From: Felis catus
Lineage: Eukaryota
DNA: 64,000 nucleotides
Direction of reading: 5' to 3'
Assembly: GCF_018350175.1 (NCBI RefSeq)
Contig: NC_058368.1
Coordinates: 226,550,001-226,614,000 of the forward strand
Positions 12,106 to 24,249 of the stretch are shown one piece after another. The position numbers were made by a program, and so were the translations under genes. Every line of letters starts with the position of its first letter. Within the stretch, counting starts at the first letter, position 1. The notes under the pieces are model-generated. The model did not search any database. It was not told where the DNA came from and saw nothing but the letters and a program-made list of their open reading frames with translations.

Positions 12106-12344
12106 TGAACAGATTTGAGCTGAAATAATTACATGTTTAAATATTAAAAGGTAGAATTAAAAATAAGCTCTCACCAGCAGAATTCGCTCCAGACCTCGTA
12201 GGCACCTAAGCAACTATAAACAGTATTTTCACAATTACAAGCATCTACAGACAAGAGTCGACTGGAAATGTCAGTGATTTCCAATCTGTTAGCCAAAAAT
12301 GCAACCTTGAAGATGACTGCAGGAAATTTTCTTAAAATGAAGAT

Positions 12345-12382
12345 GGAGGAGGAGGAGGAGGAGGAGAGGGAGGAGGAGGAGA
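12345..12382. repeat. (GGA)n microsatellite
   Basis: Direct reading. Confidence 0.9.
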
Positions 12383-13939
12383 AGGTGATGATCTATTGAA
12401 AAAAATACATCATTCAGTAAAAATCCAGTGATTCTGTATTAGAGAAAACACACATAGAAAGGAACATAATGAGACCGGGCCGCTTAGACTCTCAGAGACA
12501 GACGGATACAGAGTGCTCACCTGATGCCCGGTTCTCTCGAGAGCAGATACTCCCTGCCTTTTGTTTCTGTGAGAATCCCTCATGTCTTCAAATGACCCTA
12601 CTTCACTTGAGCCCATTTGGGTGGACTGAGTCTTTGGAAACTAAAGAACCCAATAGCATTTCCTTCTCAGGAGCCCTTTCCTCTCTGCCCTGGCCCAAAG
12701 ACCATCAGTTCTCTGCACTTCCATAGAGCCAAGATTGTTCTGTCACCTAGCTGTCTTCCCCTCCACCTATGAGGGCAAAAAACTTTGTTCTAGTCATTAT
12801 CAGCACAATGCCCAGTACATAGAAATGCTGAGTTAAGTATACGGCAAATGAGTATCATAAAGGCCAAGAGTGTGTCCATTTCACCAGGAGTATCTTACTA
12901 CCCGTAGATTTCTTGTTACCTTCTTCTTCCATGCATTTTTCTCGCATTTTGCTCTTGTGTTACAGTATATTATTTACCACGTCCGTTCCAACAGTTGGAA
13001 ACTTTTTCCCAGAGATCAATCTTCTCAATTACACTGAGTTTCTCTTAAGTTGTTACATGCAAGTGAATGCAAGCAGTAAATGTTTGAAAAATATTGAAGA
13101 ATTAATTAATTAACTAATACGCAGATAGAAAAAAAAAAAAAAAAAACTAAAGCATAACAGTGAAGATGCCCTGTGGCCAAAGGGAAGAAAGCCCAATGAC
13201 ATGGCGATAACTGGCTGTTAAATGCTGACATTGAACTATACACACCCCTCTTTGCCCAAAGCTACTGTTTTCTGATGAAGGTCTGAATATTTATGGGGAA
13301 TGTCATAGATATTCTTCAGAATATTCGGAGTGTTATTCCAGCTTGGTGTTTTCTGCTTCTCTTTGATAACTTTTGACCCAGAGACACAAAGATAATAGAT
13401 CCATCAAGAGGATGCAACCCTTCTCTAAGAATCCGGAAATCAAGGCTTCAGTCTCAGCGGAGACTAGATGAAACCAAGAAGGTATTGCGGCTAGAAATAG
13501 TCTTTGTCTACTTGTGTCTCCAACGTGACCCTGAGAAAGTTCACAGACATCATCTGCATTCAGCCACACTCTTCCCTCAATCTCGGTCCACTTCTGGCAT
13601 ATGGAAACTGATTGAAACATTTGGCTCAGTCACATTAAATAACACTTTCTATGAAGTGATAATTTTGGCAAAATATTTTACGTACCAGATTTATGCAAGG
13701 AATCATCAAAAACGTGTACCTCACTTTACATCCAACATTACCAGGGAGGCAGATACAATGGAGGGGATTTTGCCACCAAATGCCAATCGGTAAACAATGG
13801 CACTATGGGGGGGGGGAAGGTCCCATTGGAACATACATGTAACTAAAAATACGCAAAGGAAACTACGAACTGACTACCAATTATTCAAGAAGAAACCACA
13901 TTTGCTTTTTCAAAACGTGCCATTTGAAACAGCAAACTG

Positions 13940-13974
13940 GGCCGTGATCGTATAGTGGTTAGTACTCTGCGATG
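13940..13974 (+). pseudogene. Tailless retrocopy of the 5' half of tRNA-His(GUG), G-1 to G34
   Basis: G+GCCGTGATCGTATAGTGGTTAGTACTCTGCGaTG equals the vertebrate tRNA-His 5' half with one mismatch; flanked by the perfect 15-bp repeat TGAAACAGCAAACTG (13925-13939 and 13975-13989). Confidence 0.92.
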
Positions 13975-15065
13975 TGAAACAGCAAACTGCCTCATTAAAA
14001 TTATAAATTCCACTCGACGGGCAATTCCGTGACTCTGAGACACGCTTGTTAATTCTGAGAGTGGCATGAGTCCTCTTGCCAAGGAAAGGGCTAAATGCAA
14101 ACCTCCAGTCTGTAAGACCCACGAAGGTCCAACTCGTTCCTCCAGCAAGATCGGCTCCTACAAGCAACCACTGGCAGACTCCTCTTACTATCATACTTAA
14201 GGACATGCAATTTGAATTATCTTAGTCTCCAAAGTCAGAAAATTGGTTCCACGAAGAAGCCTGCAATTACTCTGAAATGGCCAGGGATTAACAACGTATG
14301 TATTATCGAGTGCGGCTGTGGCAAAGAGTACTTTTGGCCTCAGAGTCTCTGTATTTTATCTGTATTCTATCTTGAAAGGAGGATTGTTAAACATGCCATT
14401 TTGATCAAATGCATGGTCTCCTTAAGTCCTTAGAGGCTTGGTGAACTCACATCTGCCTTTTGGTTCCACTTTAAGACGAGCCTTTGCCATTATTAATGAA
14501 AAGAAAGCAGTCATAATGGGGTCAATGGCCCAATTTTTCATCATCCCGTTGATAATTAAAATAGTGGAAAAACAAAAACATTGAAACTGCGCTTCATTTT
14601 ATAAAAGATGGCTCTTAGGAGGAGCTATAATTTTCCTTAAACGCATGGAACGATCAATTAAACAAGCATAATCTGTGAACACTGCTTCCCTGCTCCTGCC
14701 GAGACAAACATATGGTAGCAGCTCATTGTGGAGACATTATACATAGTTGTTACATGTGGCTATACCTCAGTTTTACGTAGTCATAATTTATCATTTACAC
14801 AGCCCATTCAGCAAAACATAATTAAGCGGATGCTTCCGGCGGGGTTCCTCAGAGTGGGACTTTCCTACAGATCAGTAACACAATGCGAACACGATTGTGT
14901 TCTAAGGCACAATCTCATCCTCACTGAGCTGGAATCTGGAGCTCAGGTTAAAGGAACCTGTGATTCTAGCTTGTTTCTTAAGAGACCAGACAGTCACGCT
15001 GGACCAATTTATGACGCTGATTTGTGAATCCCGGACCTATTCTAGCCACGTGCCCTTCCTCCCTC

Positions 15066-15523
15066 TTTTGTGGATTAAATCACGTCTTCCAAAACAGGTA
15101 TGTTGAAGTCCTAACCTCCAGGACCTCAGGATATAACGAATTATTGGGCAATAGAACTGCTGCAGATGTAATTAACTTAGTAAAGTTGAGGCCACACTGG
15201 AGTAGAATGAGCTCTTAATCCAATATGGCCGGTGTTCTTCTAGGAAGAGGAAAGAGACACAGGGAGAACGCCATGGGGGACAGAAGCAGGGACTGGAGAG
15301 ACTGCCCCTACAAGTCAAGTAACGCCAAGCGAGGTTTGAAGGCCACCACCGTAAGCTAGGAAAAGACAAAGAAGCATTCTAGCCAGGCTCACAGGGGAAA
15401 TCACCCTGCCGACACCTTAATTTTGGACTTCCAGTCTCCAGAACTGTGAGACAATAAATTGCTGTTGTTTAAGGCCACTTAGTTGATGGTGCTTTGTTTT
15501 GGCAGCGCCAGGAAACAAACATA
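15066..15523 (+). mobile_element. MLT1C/B-like solo LTR
   Basis: TATGTTGAAGTCCTAACCTCCAGGACCTCAG...TAATCCAATATG...CCCTGCCGACACCTT...GACTTCCAGTCTCCAGAACTGTGAGACAATAAATT. Confidence 0.88.
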
Positions 15524-15699
15524 GCTCCCAATTTGGTAACAGGAAAAAAATTCAGAGGAAAAAAACCGGTAGAAACAGAACTTCAACCAGGATGGTCCGC
15601 CTTCCACTAGAACATCCTTAGCAAACCGCACACGGACCTGGATGTTTGTTTTCTCTCACTTGAATTACTACATTAACCTTCTCATTTAGTGATGATGAA

Positions 15700-15882
15700 G
15701 GTATGCTCTGAGAACACCTACCTCAGAACCAGCTGAGAAGCGCTTAACAAGAAACGGCACGTTCCTGGGTTCCATCTACGACCTGGTGTGTCAGAGTCTC
15801 TTGCAAGTAAACTGCAAGAATCTGCCTTCTTAAGAGAAGCCTAGGCTACTCCAAAAATTAGAATTAGTTTGCAAACTCTGTC
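15700..15882. mobile_element. MER5-like hAT-Charlie MITE (degraded)
   Basis: TCAGAACCAGCTG...TCCTGGG...TCAGAGTCTCT...AAGAATCTGC...AGTTTGCAAACTCTG. Confidence 0.55.
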
Positions 15883-16069
15883 TGAAAGAATAGGGTTTCC
15901 TGATTAATTTAATTTAGAGTTAATTGAGCATCTTGCAAGCAATGCTTTGATTTTAACCATGGTTATGGAAAATCATCATGTACGTTCAAGTCCAAATTCT
16001 TGCTGGAGTAACTGAACTCAGTAATGCTATTTGTGAGTAACTGTATAACGCACACACTTGAACTCTGTG

Positions 16070-16143
16070 GAGAAGGAAAGAAGGAAAGAAAGAAGAAAGG
16101 AAGGAAGGAAGGAAGGAAGGAAGGAAGGAAGGAAGGAAGGAAA
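16070..16143. repeat. (GGAA)n microsatellite
   Basis: Direct reading. Confidence 0.9.
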
Positions 16144-16183
16144 GACAATCCTTAATTGGAGATGACTTAAGATGCCAACTAAA

Positions 16184-16310
16184 GGGGGTGCCTGGGTGAC
16201 TCAGTGGGTTAAGCATCTAACTCTTCATTTCGGCTCAGGTAGTGATCTCAGGGTTCATGAGATTGGGCCCCACATCGAGCTCAATGCTGACAGCATGGAG
16301 CCTGCTTGGG

Positions 16311-16349
<39 letters not shown>

Positions 16350-16402
16350 TCTTCCCCTGCTCTAAACAAACAAACAAACAAACAAACAAACAAACTTTTA
16401 AA
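16184..16402 (+). mobile_element. SINEC
   Basis: Canonical head; (AAAC)n tail; TSD AAGATGCCAACTA/AAGACGCCAACTA. Confidence 0.95.
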
Positions 16403-18774
16403 AAGACGCCAACTAGAATTTATCATTACTGTTTCAAATAAAAATCAGGAATAAAATACAGTCTTCTGTATTTATGAGAAAATACAGCATACCATCTGTA
16501 CTTTGCTCATTTCACTATTGAATGGTAAAGATAAAAGAGATTAGCTCTGGCAATCATGACTCTGGCTCTGTAGTTCTTAACTTTTTTAGGCACCCATGAC
16601 CCATTGGGTAAACAAATGAAATTTTGGTCAATGTGCTCTCCAAGAGCACGCGTACATACGCAGCATCTATATACAACTCAGTAACTGAGATTAAAGACAC
16701 AATTTGGATTTAGGTGATAGCCATTGGGTGAAAATATGTACTGACTCTACCATGTTCCAGAAGGTGTTATGCCTTCATACAAATCCTTGATAACCCTTTA
16801 AAAAAGTAACCGTGAGTTATTTTTTAAAGGATTACAAATAACCTGTCTTTTGGTGATTTTTCTAAAAACACTCCCTTCCTATTGCTTTCGGTTAAGATGA
16901 ACAAACTCCACACGCCTCCACTTCTGAAAGACACATTAAACATCAGGAAGAAATAGCTTTCACACCACAACTTCCCATGTGACTATAAGGGTTGTGACTC
17001 GTCATCAAATCTCCCTCTAAAACAGAAGTGATTAGGTAGGTCTCAAGATAATGTTACCCTAGTAACAGGTCTGAAGTCGTTATTAATTTTGGAAAAAGAG
17101 CATTTCTTTAGTTCTTTGCTCTGGGATGCTGGCTGGTTTTGGTAAAATCCAAAACAGCATAGGCTTTAAAGTTGAGAGCTGGCTTCTTTGCTTGTATTTA
17201 AACACATGACAGGGAGAAGAAACAGACAGAACTTCACAATTTTGCTTTTCAGGCAAGTCTTTAAAATGTACAAGAGAGAGAAGCAAATGAGTTCCTTTGA
17301 TAACTTAATGAAGTCTTGTGTGCACAAACACTCTGCCAATTCCTAAGAAAAAAATGTCTTTATCACCTCAAGCATTCTGTCTCCACCCCACCAGTCTCGA
17401 TTTATGCCTCCTTACCCCAATCCTAGAATGTTAAAATAGACTGTTAGGAGATTTTTCTGCCCATTTAACTTCCTATCATCCTTAGAACATACACCACGGT
17501 CATATTAATCTCATAGCACTTTTTCAATCGTATCATTCTTTAGCTCAAAGACCTACATTTGCTCTCCAAATGCCTTCAAAATTAAGTATAACTCCTTGGT
17601 CAGACATTTAAGACCCTCCAAAATGTGTCACCAAAATGTATTATTCTCTTACTCTTCTCATCGGAGCCTCTAACTTCCACTCACATTTTCTCCTTGAGCC
17701 TGTATTGTGCTTTCAGACTTTCTAGACCTTGCAATTTTATCGTCCCTCCATCCTGGCATTCTTTCTCTGTCAATCTGCACCTGGCCAGAGAAGATCTCCT
17801 TCTCAAGTCCCAACAGAAATATTAAGCTCCCCCTGCAAATTGCGCTGGTCCCAAGAGGATGTGATCTCACATTCACATAGACCTTGATAACACGGTGCCT
17901 GCAACTCACAGAACTTCCCATAATCTGCCTGGTGCTGGGTAACCAGTGACCTTTTCTTATCTGCCCTGAGTTTTTGTAAAAGCGTATTCTTTCATTCACT
18001 CACTCAACAGAAATATTTATCGATCACCTACTAAATGATGGTGATAGAAATCACTAAGTTGTACACCCAAAACTAGTGTTAAACTTGTGTTAACCATATT
18101 CAATTTTTTTTTTAATTTTAAAATACTTAAAAAAAAACACTTTACATGACGGGGGTGACCTTGTTATGATAAACTCACAGAGGTGCTATGGAAAAGGGCT
18201 AGGTAGGGTACTTCCGTCACACAGGATGTGACAAAAAACCCTCCAAAGAAGGAACTCCTAGGCTGAAATTAGCATTTGTCCCATAACAGCCCTGAGAGAA
18301 GGATGTATTTCCAGGAAGAAGGGATTATTTCATGGGTTCTCAATACCCAAGTTATAATTAATCCAGATATTATTCTGGTGGAAATTAGCACCGAAGCCTT
18401 TTGGGGAGAAAAATCTGCTCTAGTTATAAAGTGATATTAACAAGGCAGATAGACCATGCATATAATAGAAGGTTCCCTTTAATATGTCAATAGTGGTGAA
18501 AAGTTACAATAAGCAATACTCTAATGAAGCCGGAGACAGCTGCACAGTATGACTATAAGATAAGATGTAGTTCGTATACCTCGGCCCACACAGGACAGTC
18601 TTAATGAGAATTCAGGTGGGGGTCCAGCTTACTGTCTAAGGAGTCATTGAAAACAAAACCAGGTCACATGGTGCTTTTATTTTAAATTCTAGGATGTGTC
18701 TGGAAACCCTTCAATTTTAAAATAATCCCTTTCCTTTTGTTCAAGTCCCATGTATAATACTATGGAGAGAAAAT

Positions 18775-19022
18775 AAGATAAAAACAGAGAGGGAGGCAAA
18801 CACAAGAGACTCTTGAATACAGAGAACAAACGGAGGGTTGCTGGAGGGGAGGTGGGTTGGGGGGGGGATGGGCTAAATGGGTGATGGGCATTTAAGGAGG
18901 GCGCTTGTTGGGAAGAGCACTGGGTGTTATACGTAAGCGGTGAATCACTGGGTTCTACTCCCGAAACCAAGACTACACTGTATGCTAACTAACTTGAATT
19001 TAAAGAGATAAATTTTAAGAAG
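18775..19022 (+). mobile_element. 5'-truncated carnivore L1 3'UTR
   Basis: GAGAGGGAGGCAAACACAAGAGACTCTT...GGGTGATGGGCATT...GAGCACTGGGTGTT...TGCTAACTAACTTGAATTTAAA; perfect 17-bp direct repeat TACTATGGAGAGAAAAT at 18758-18774 and 19023-19039. Confidence 0.92.
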
Positions 19023-19564
19023 TACTATGGAGAGAAAATCGACGTCTGTAAAGATGACTACAACTCGAATGCACAACAATGATCGTGTAACATTTAAAAA
19101 AATGTTAAATTAGGCTTACCTTATTTCTGGGGCAGTAAAATGTACTAGTGGAATGACAGAAGAACCCGAAAATGCAGTTAACCACAGGGCACGGCACACG
19201 CGTTCCAGTAACGCAGTGTCTCGGTCCCAGACGGCAATAGGTTGGGGCCAAGCATATTCAGTACAAGGATAAGCAAGACAGGCACAGAGGACAGGGGGTG
19301 GCAAAAACGAAGCCCAGGGAACCCCACACGTGGCCTGAGGACTCAGCGGGCATGCTTCCTTTGGCAAAGAAACAGATCTTCCAGAGACTTTCTGCATGCC
19401 TCTTGCCCAGGCTTCAGCAAAGAAGGGAAGCAGAACTGGTACATTTCTCAGGAAAGAGAAAGCAACGGCAGCCAGAAACAGCACAACAGAGCCCTTCATT
19501 AACACCATCACTTTTCTGGAACAGGGGTGAGCAGCTTGATTTCTGGCTTCAGACAGGCCAGGGT

Positions 19565-19752
19565 GGAACCCCAGCTCCAACTTGTATATATTGTGTGATA
19601 ATCTCTCTGAATCTGGTTTCCACATCTGTGAAACGGAGATAAATGAAACCTACTTCAGAGTGTTTCTTGGGAGATACGGAGATAATCCACATAAAGTGCT
19701 TTGCACGGTGACTGACGCACAGTGAGAAATCCATAGATCACAGCCGTTGTGT
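19565..19752 (+). mobile_element. MIR
   Basis: CCCAGCTCCA...TCTCTCTGAATCTGGTTTCCACATCTGTGAAACGGAGATAA...TAAAGTGCTT. Confidence 0.8.
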
Positions 19753-19907
19753 TTAATTACTAAGAAATCACCCCAGTGCCTGACCTAGATGTGCTAGTAT
19801 TTTGACAAAATATTCCCAGCCCTCCTCTCCCCTTCAGAGTAATTTAGGATGACCACTTGTTCTCAAAACAAAACAAAACAAAACAAAACAACAAAAAACA
19901 TCATTGG

Positions 19908-20033
19908 GGGGCACCTGGGTGGCTCAGGTGGTTAAGCATCCAACTCTTGGTTTCGGCTCAGGTCATGATCTCAGGGTTCTTGGGTTCAAGCCCTGCATCG
20001 GGCTCTGTGCTGACCTTGCAATGTCTGCTTGGG

Positions 20034-20077
<44 letters not shown>

Positions 20078-20131
20078 CCTTCCCTGCTCACACTGTCTCT
20101 GTCTTCCTCGAAATAAAAACTTTACAAAAAA
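19908..20131 (+). mobile_element. SINEC
   Basis: Canonical; TSD approximately AAAAA(C)ATCATTGG. Confidence 0.95.
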
Positions 20132-21343
20132 ATCATTGGGAACTGATTTGACCTCTGGCCAAAGACCTTCACAGCAGAGCAATGCAGACTTACCACAAAG
20201 CAGGGGAAAGGGGGCAAAAAGTCCTCGTGGCTTTAAACACTGTCCCCTCCCAAGGCCCAGGATACTCTCACTGACTGCTATTTCCTCCCACCCTGGGTGT
20301 CAGGGGGGCTCTGCACGGGAGGTGCTCTGGGGGAGGACTCCTGTTCGTGCTTTAGGACTATGTAAGCATCAAATGGAAGAGCTGCAGATGAAAGGCAGGT
20401 TGAAGTCATCGCAAGTACTGTTCAAGGACATCTTTCCTCTTTCTTGCTTTTGACTCTAAAAGTAAAAAGTTATTAATCATATCACAAGCCTAAAAAAAGA
20501 ATTCTCCTAATCCCGGTCTTTGTGGAGTTGGGTTAGACACGCAGGCAGCAATTTCTGTTTTTGTTTATTTTTGAGCAGGTCTGTTGCCTATGCTTAAAGC
20601 CTCTTGTTAAATCTCCCTGTTTTATAGCTAATCACATTTTTATAGCAGGCATGAAGCTCTCTACAAGGCCCTTGCTGAGCTGTTCCTGTAAATCAAAACC
20701 TTACTCGGCTGTTCTCGTAGCTGGCAGTGGAACAGGGTTAGTTTTACCATTTATGGTTGTAAAGTCCATCCAGATTTTTCCTTTGGTTCCCTTTAGCTTT
20801 TTGGGTTTTTTTTTTTTTCTCCCACTCAACCCCTTCCCCTCCTGCTGCCTTAGAAATGTATATTCCAGGCTTGGCTACAATATGTATGAATAGATTATTT
20901 CATTCCTTACCACGGTACGTTAATAAAGGTGTCAAAATGACAGAGGATCCTTGGCTTAGGCTCCTTTGTCCCAGATCTATTCCTCGAGGGCAGGCTGCAG
21001 CTATTTGGGAGAAGTCTCTTGGGCTCCTGGAAGCTGACCTATAAAGTCTATTTAAAGTATTAAAACACTTTCTAGTAAAATACATACAGCAGACAGGGCA
21101 TGTAAATGCACGCTGTCTTCTTCGGCCACGCATACCTCGTCACTGTCCTTACCTCTGTGCCTGCGTCAGGCTGGGGACAAAGCAGGGCCAGGCATATGTA
21201 ACCCAGGATCACCCCACTGAGGGACTCAGTGTCCCACCTGTGTTAGCACGAGGGTTAAAAATGGTCCCACTACGTTGTTAGTTACGGCAAGGCTAAAACA
21301 AAAGGAAGGTGTGAAGGCTTAAGGCAAATACAAAGAAAGCTTA

Positions 21344-21530
21344 GGGGCACCTGGGAGGCTCAGTGGGTTAAGCATCTGACTCTTGACTGCAGCTCAGGTC
21401 ATGATGTCGTGGTTTCTGAGTTCTAACCCCTTGGGCTCTGCGAGTTGACCAGGCAGAACCTGCTTGGAATTCTCTCTTTCTGCCCTGCTCCCACTCGTGC
21501 TCTGTATCTCTCAAAATAAATAAACTTAAA
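21344..21530 (+). mobile_element. SINEC
   Basis: Canonical; TSD AAAGAAAGCTTA/AAAGAAGGCTTA. Confidence 0.93.
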
Positions 21531-21566
21531 AAAGAAGGCTTAGTCATAACTGAGGGGAGGGGTATG

Positions 21567-21781
21567 TTTTTTAATGTTTGTTTATCTATTTTGAGAAAGA
21601 GTGAGAGAGCGGGCACATGGGTGGGGAGGGACAGAGAGACAGGGAGACAGAGAATCCCGAGCAGGCTCCATACCGTCAGCCCAGAGCCCAACGTGGGACT
21701 CGATCTCACGAACTGTGAGATCATGACCTCAGCTGAAATCGGGAGTCAGACGCTTACCTGACTGAGCCACCCAGGTGCCCC
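21567..21781 (-). mobile_element. SINEC
   Basis: T-rich tail through CTGAGCCACCCAGGTGCCCC. Confidence 0.95.
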
Positions 21782-24249
21782 AAGGGGAAGGGTGTTTTCA
21801 AACAGCAAGTTAAAAGGAAGCTTGGGGATGAGGAGCTGTGTATCCTAGCCAATTCTCCCCAAAGGAAAGACTCTCCCAGGCACCAGGGAAATTTGTACCT
21901 GTGGAGTAAGACAAGGGGGCAGTGACCAGATGGCTTCGGGCTGCCAGGGAATCCCACATCTGGTGGCACCCACTGTTTCCCGTTCCAGGTGAAAATCTCG
22001 GAGGAGACCCTGCTCTCAGGCGACAAGGAGACACTGGCCTGGTTCCAACGATTTACCAAGGTCAGCCCCACGAAATGGGAGTCTTGGTTCTGACATGTGG
22101 AGTTCTGCTTCTCCCAGGGACCCAGGTGGTTCCTCTGCCCCGGCCAGGTGCTCGGCTAGGCCCAGGTGTTATAAAGATAGGAAGACATCGTCACTGCCCT
22201 GGTCCTAGTAGAGCTCCTTAGGTTTTCTCTGTTTGGGTTTTTGTTTTTGTTTTTGAGTTCTGGCACTCCAACTTGTTCAGGGGACCGAAGCGCAGCTCAA
22301 ACATGACTGAGCAGAAGGGAATGTACCGACTGTGCAAAGGAAGGGTGGTGAGTGACAGAAGGGACTGTGCTCACACAATCCGCCCCCCCCCTTTCTCGAG
22401 GCTGCTTTCAGCCTCGCTCGCTCTTCCAACTGAAAGGAACTTTGAGGTTGCCACCACCAGCATAGCAACTCCAGCAGAAAGAGGAAATGCGTTTAGCCCT
22501 CTGTATCTACTGCAACCGCTATAGAGGGCTCCGAACACGTAAGGTCATGTGCACGGACCTTGAACATCTCTCTTTACAGCAAAGGGGTCCTTTTGGTCGG
22601 GCCCGGAGCAGGTCCCCAGTACTATGGCCAGGAGTACAAGTCTGCCATCAGAAGAAGGAGGGGTCAGAGAATTAACTAGTGGCCCCAGTTAACCCCATGG
22701 GTAGAGAAGAACGGTTCTACCAATGTCAGGATATTGAGCTGGGAAAGAGACATTGAGAGGCAAGGAAAAATATTGAACGGATGGCTCTCTAAAAATAGCA
22801 CGGGGAGATAAAGGTTGGGCCGAGGTCCTTTGCAGATGTTGGTACGTAAGCGGGGAGAATGGCAGTCCACTTGACTGGGGAGATCGACTCCTCGTAGGCT
22901 CGACGTTTCTTGCTAATAACAAAGGATAGCATTGACAATTATCGGGCCCCAAGTCTAAGGACTTGAACCGTGTAACCCAGTTAATTCTCATCTCTATGGA
23001 GAAAGTACTTGTGTTGTCTAAACTCTACAGATGTAGAAACTTGAGGTAAAGAGAGAAGTCTTCTGTTAGACCTTTCACTTAAGAAGGGGAAGAAAACCTG
23101 GATTCCCAGCCAGGTGACCGAACGCGAGAGCTCACGCTCTCCCTTGCATTCTCTTGCCCCGAGCCTCCCCTGTCCCCCACCCGCCCTGGGCTGCTGCAGA
23201 CACTTCCAGAACCTAAGTCCTGCCCAATCATGCATCAGACTCATCTGCTCACAGCTCTTTGCCGGAAACGAAGCCTCCCATCTTTCACTGAATGCTGCTT
23301 CTGTAACCCCGGCTCAGTGCTATGGGGAATCCCGAGGGAGTGGCTTCCTCCTTGAAGATACCATTGACTTCTCACACTTCCCTCGTCAGTGCTTGGGGCT
23401 TACATAGGCTCAAAGAAGGAAGTGGGCAGAGGGAAACTTCACCGCTGAAGCATAATGAGCAGCACCTGGGGCCTCCTGGTGCTTCCCGGGGTCGAAGGAA
23501 CCTCCAAAGAACAGGGAAGCCCCCAGAGGTCACTGAATGCCATCAGCTCCCTACAACAGAACAGAGCTGCATCCCAGCAACTCCAAAGAGATAATAACAG
23601 AGGCCAGTTACCCCCCTCTGCCACCATCCTGGGGACCCAGTTCAGCAAAGGGTGACATGATCAGCTAGGAAAGTCTGGTAAGGAGGAGGATGAGAAGGGC
23701 ATGGCCCCTACAGAACATGTCCCACTTGGGAAAATTAAAACAGAATATTCTAAATGAAGATGAGAAGGCATGCTTTCCCTTAAGGTCTAGAAGAGGGCCA
23801 ATAACCGCAGACACTCTGCTAACACTCCATGCACAGAAAACCCATTCTCCTCCCAACTGTTCTCCTCCTATGGTTACGGCACTCGTCCCAGCTCCTATAG
23901 CCTCTGAGCTAAAGGGACCCAGGAGAACCTCCTCAGGATGGCCATCACCCCCCACGGTGTCACGAGTCCAATCTGAATAACAAAGTATGTTTGTTCTAAC
24001 CACTGACCAGAGGGACAGTTCCTTAGCTGTGTGTTATTACTGAATTTATTTTAATTGAATTGGGTTTTGATTACACCCACAAAGCTGATTATTTGAAGTA
24101 ATTACACAATTTGAAAGTTGGAAAGCAAAGGTTCTTTTCTAAAGAAATGCCTCCTCACTTAGCTCATCTGTTTAAAAAAATATTTAGAAAAAAATGATTC
24201 TCCTTCATGATGAGGATAGTGAAAAGGGCAGAAAAGTATTGGTTCCCGT

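Noticed and set aside
13940..13976. Functional tRNA-His gene
   Set aside because: Only the 5' half is present; there is no T-arm/B box or 3' acceptor strand.
19857..20453. 198-aa ORF, the longest in the window
   Set aside because: It reads through a SINEC and its (CT)n; no recognisable domain.
21800..23400. CpG-island promoter
   Set aside because: CpGs are only moderately elevated and scattered; no dense island is visible.
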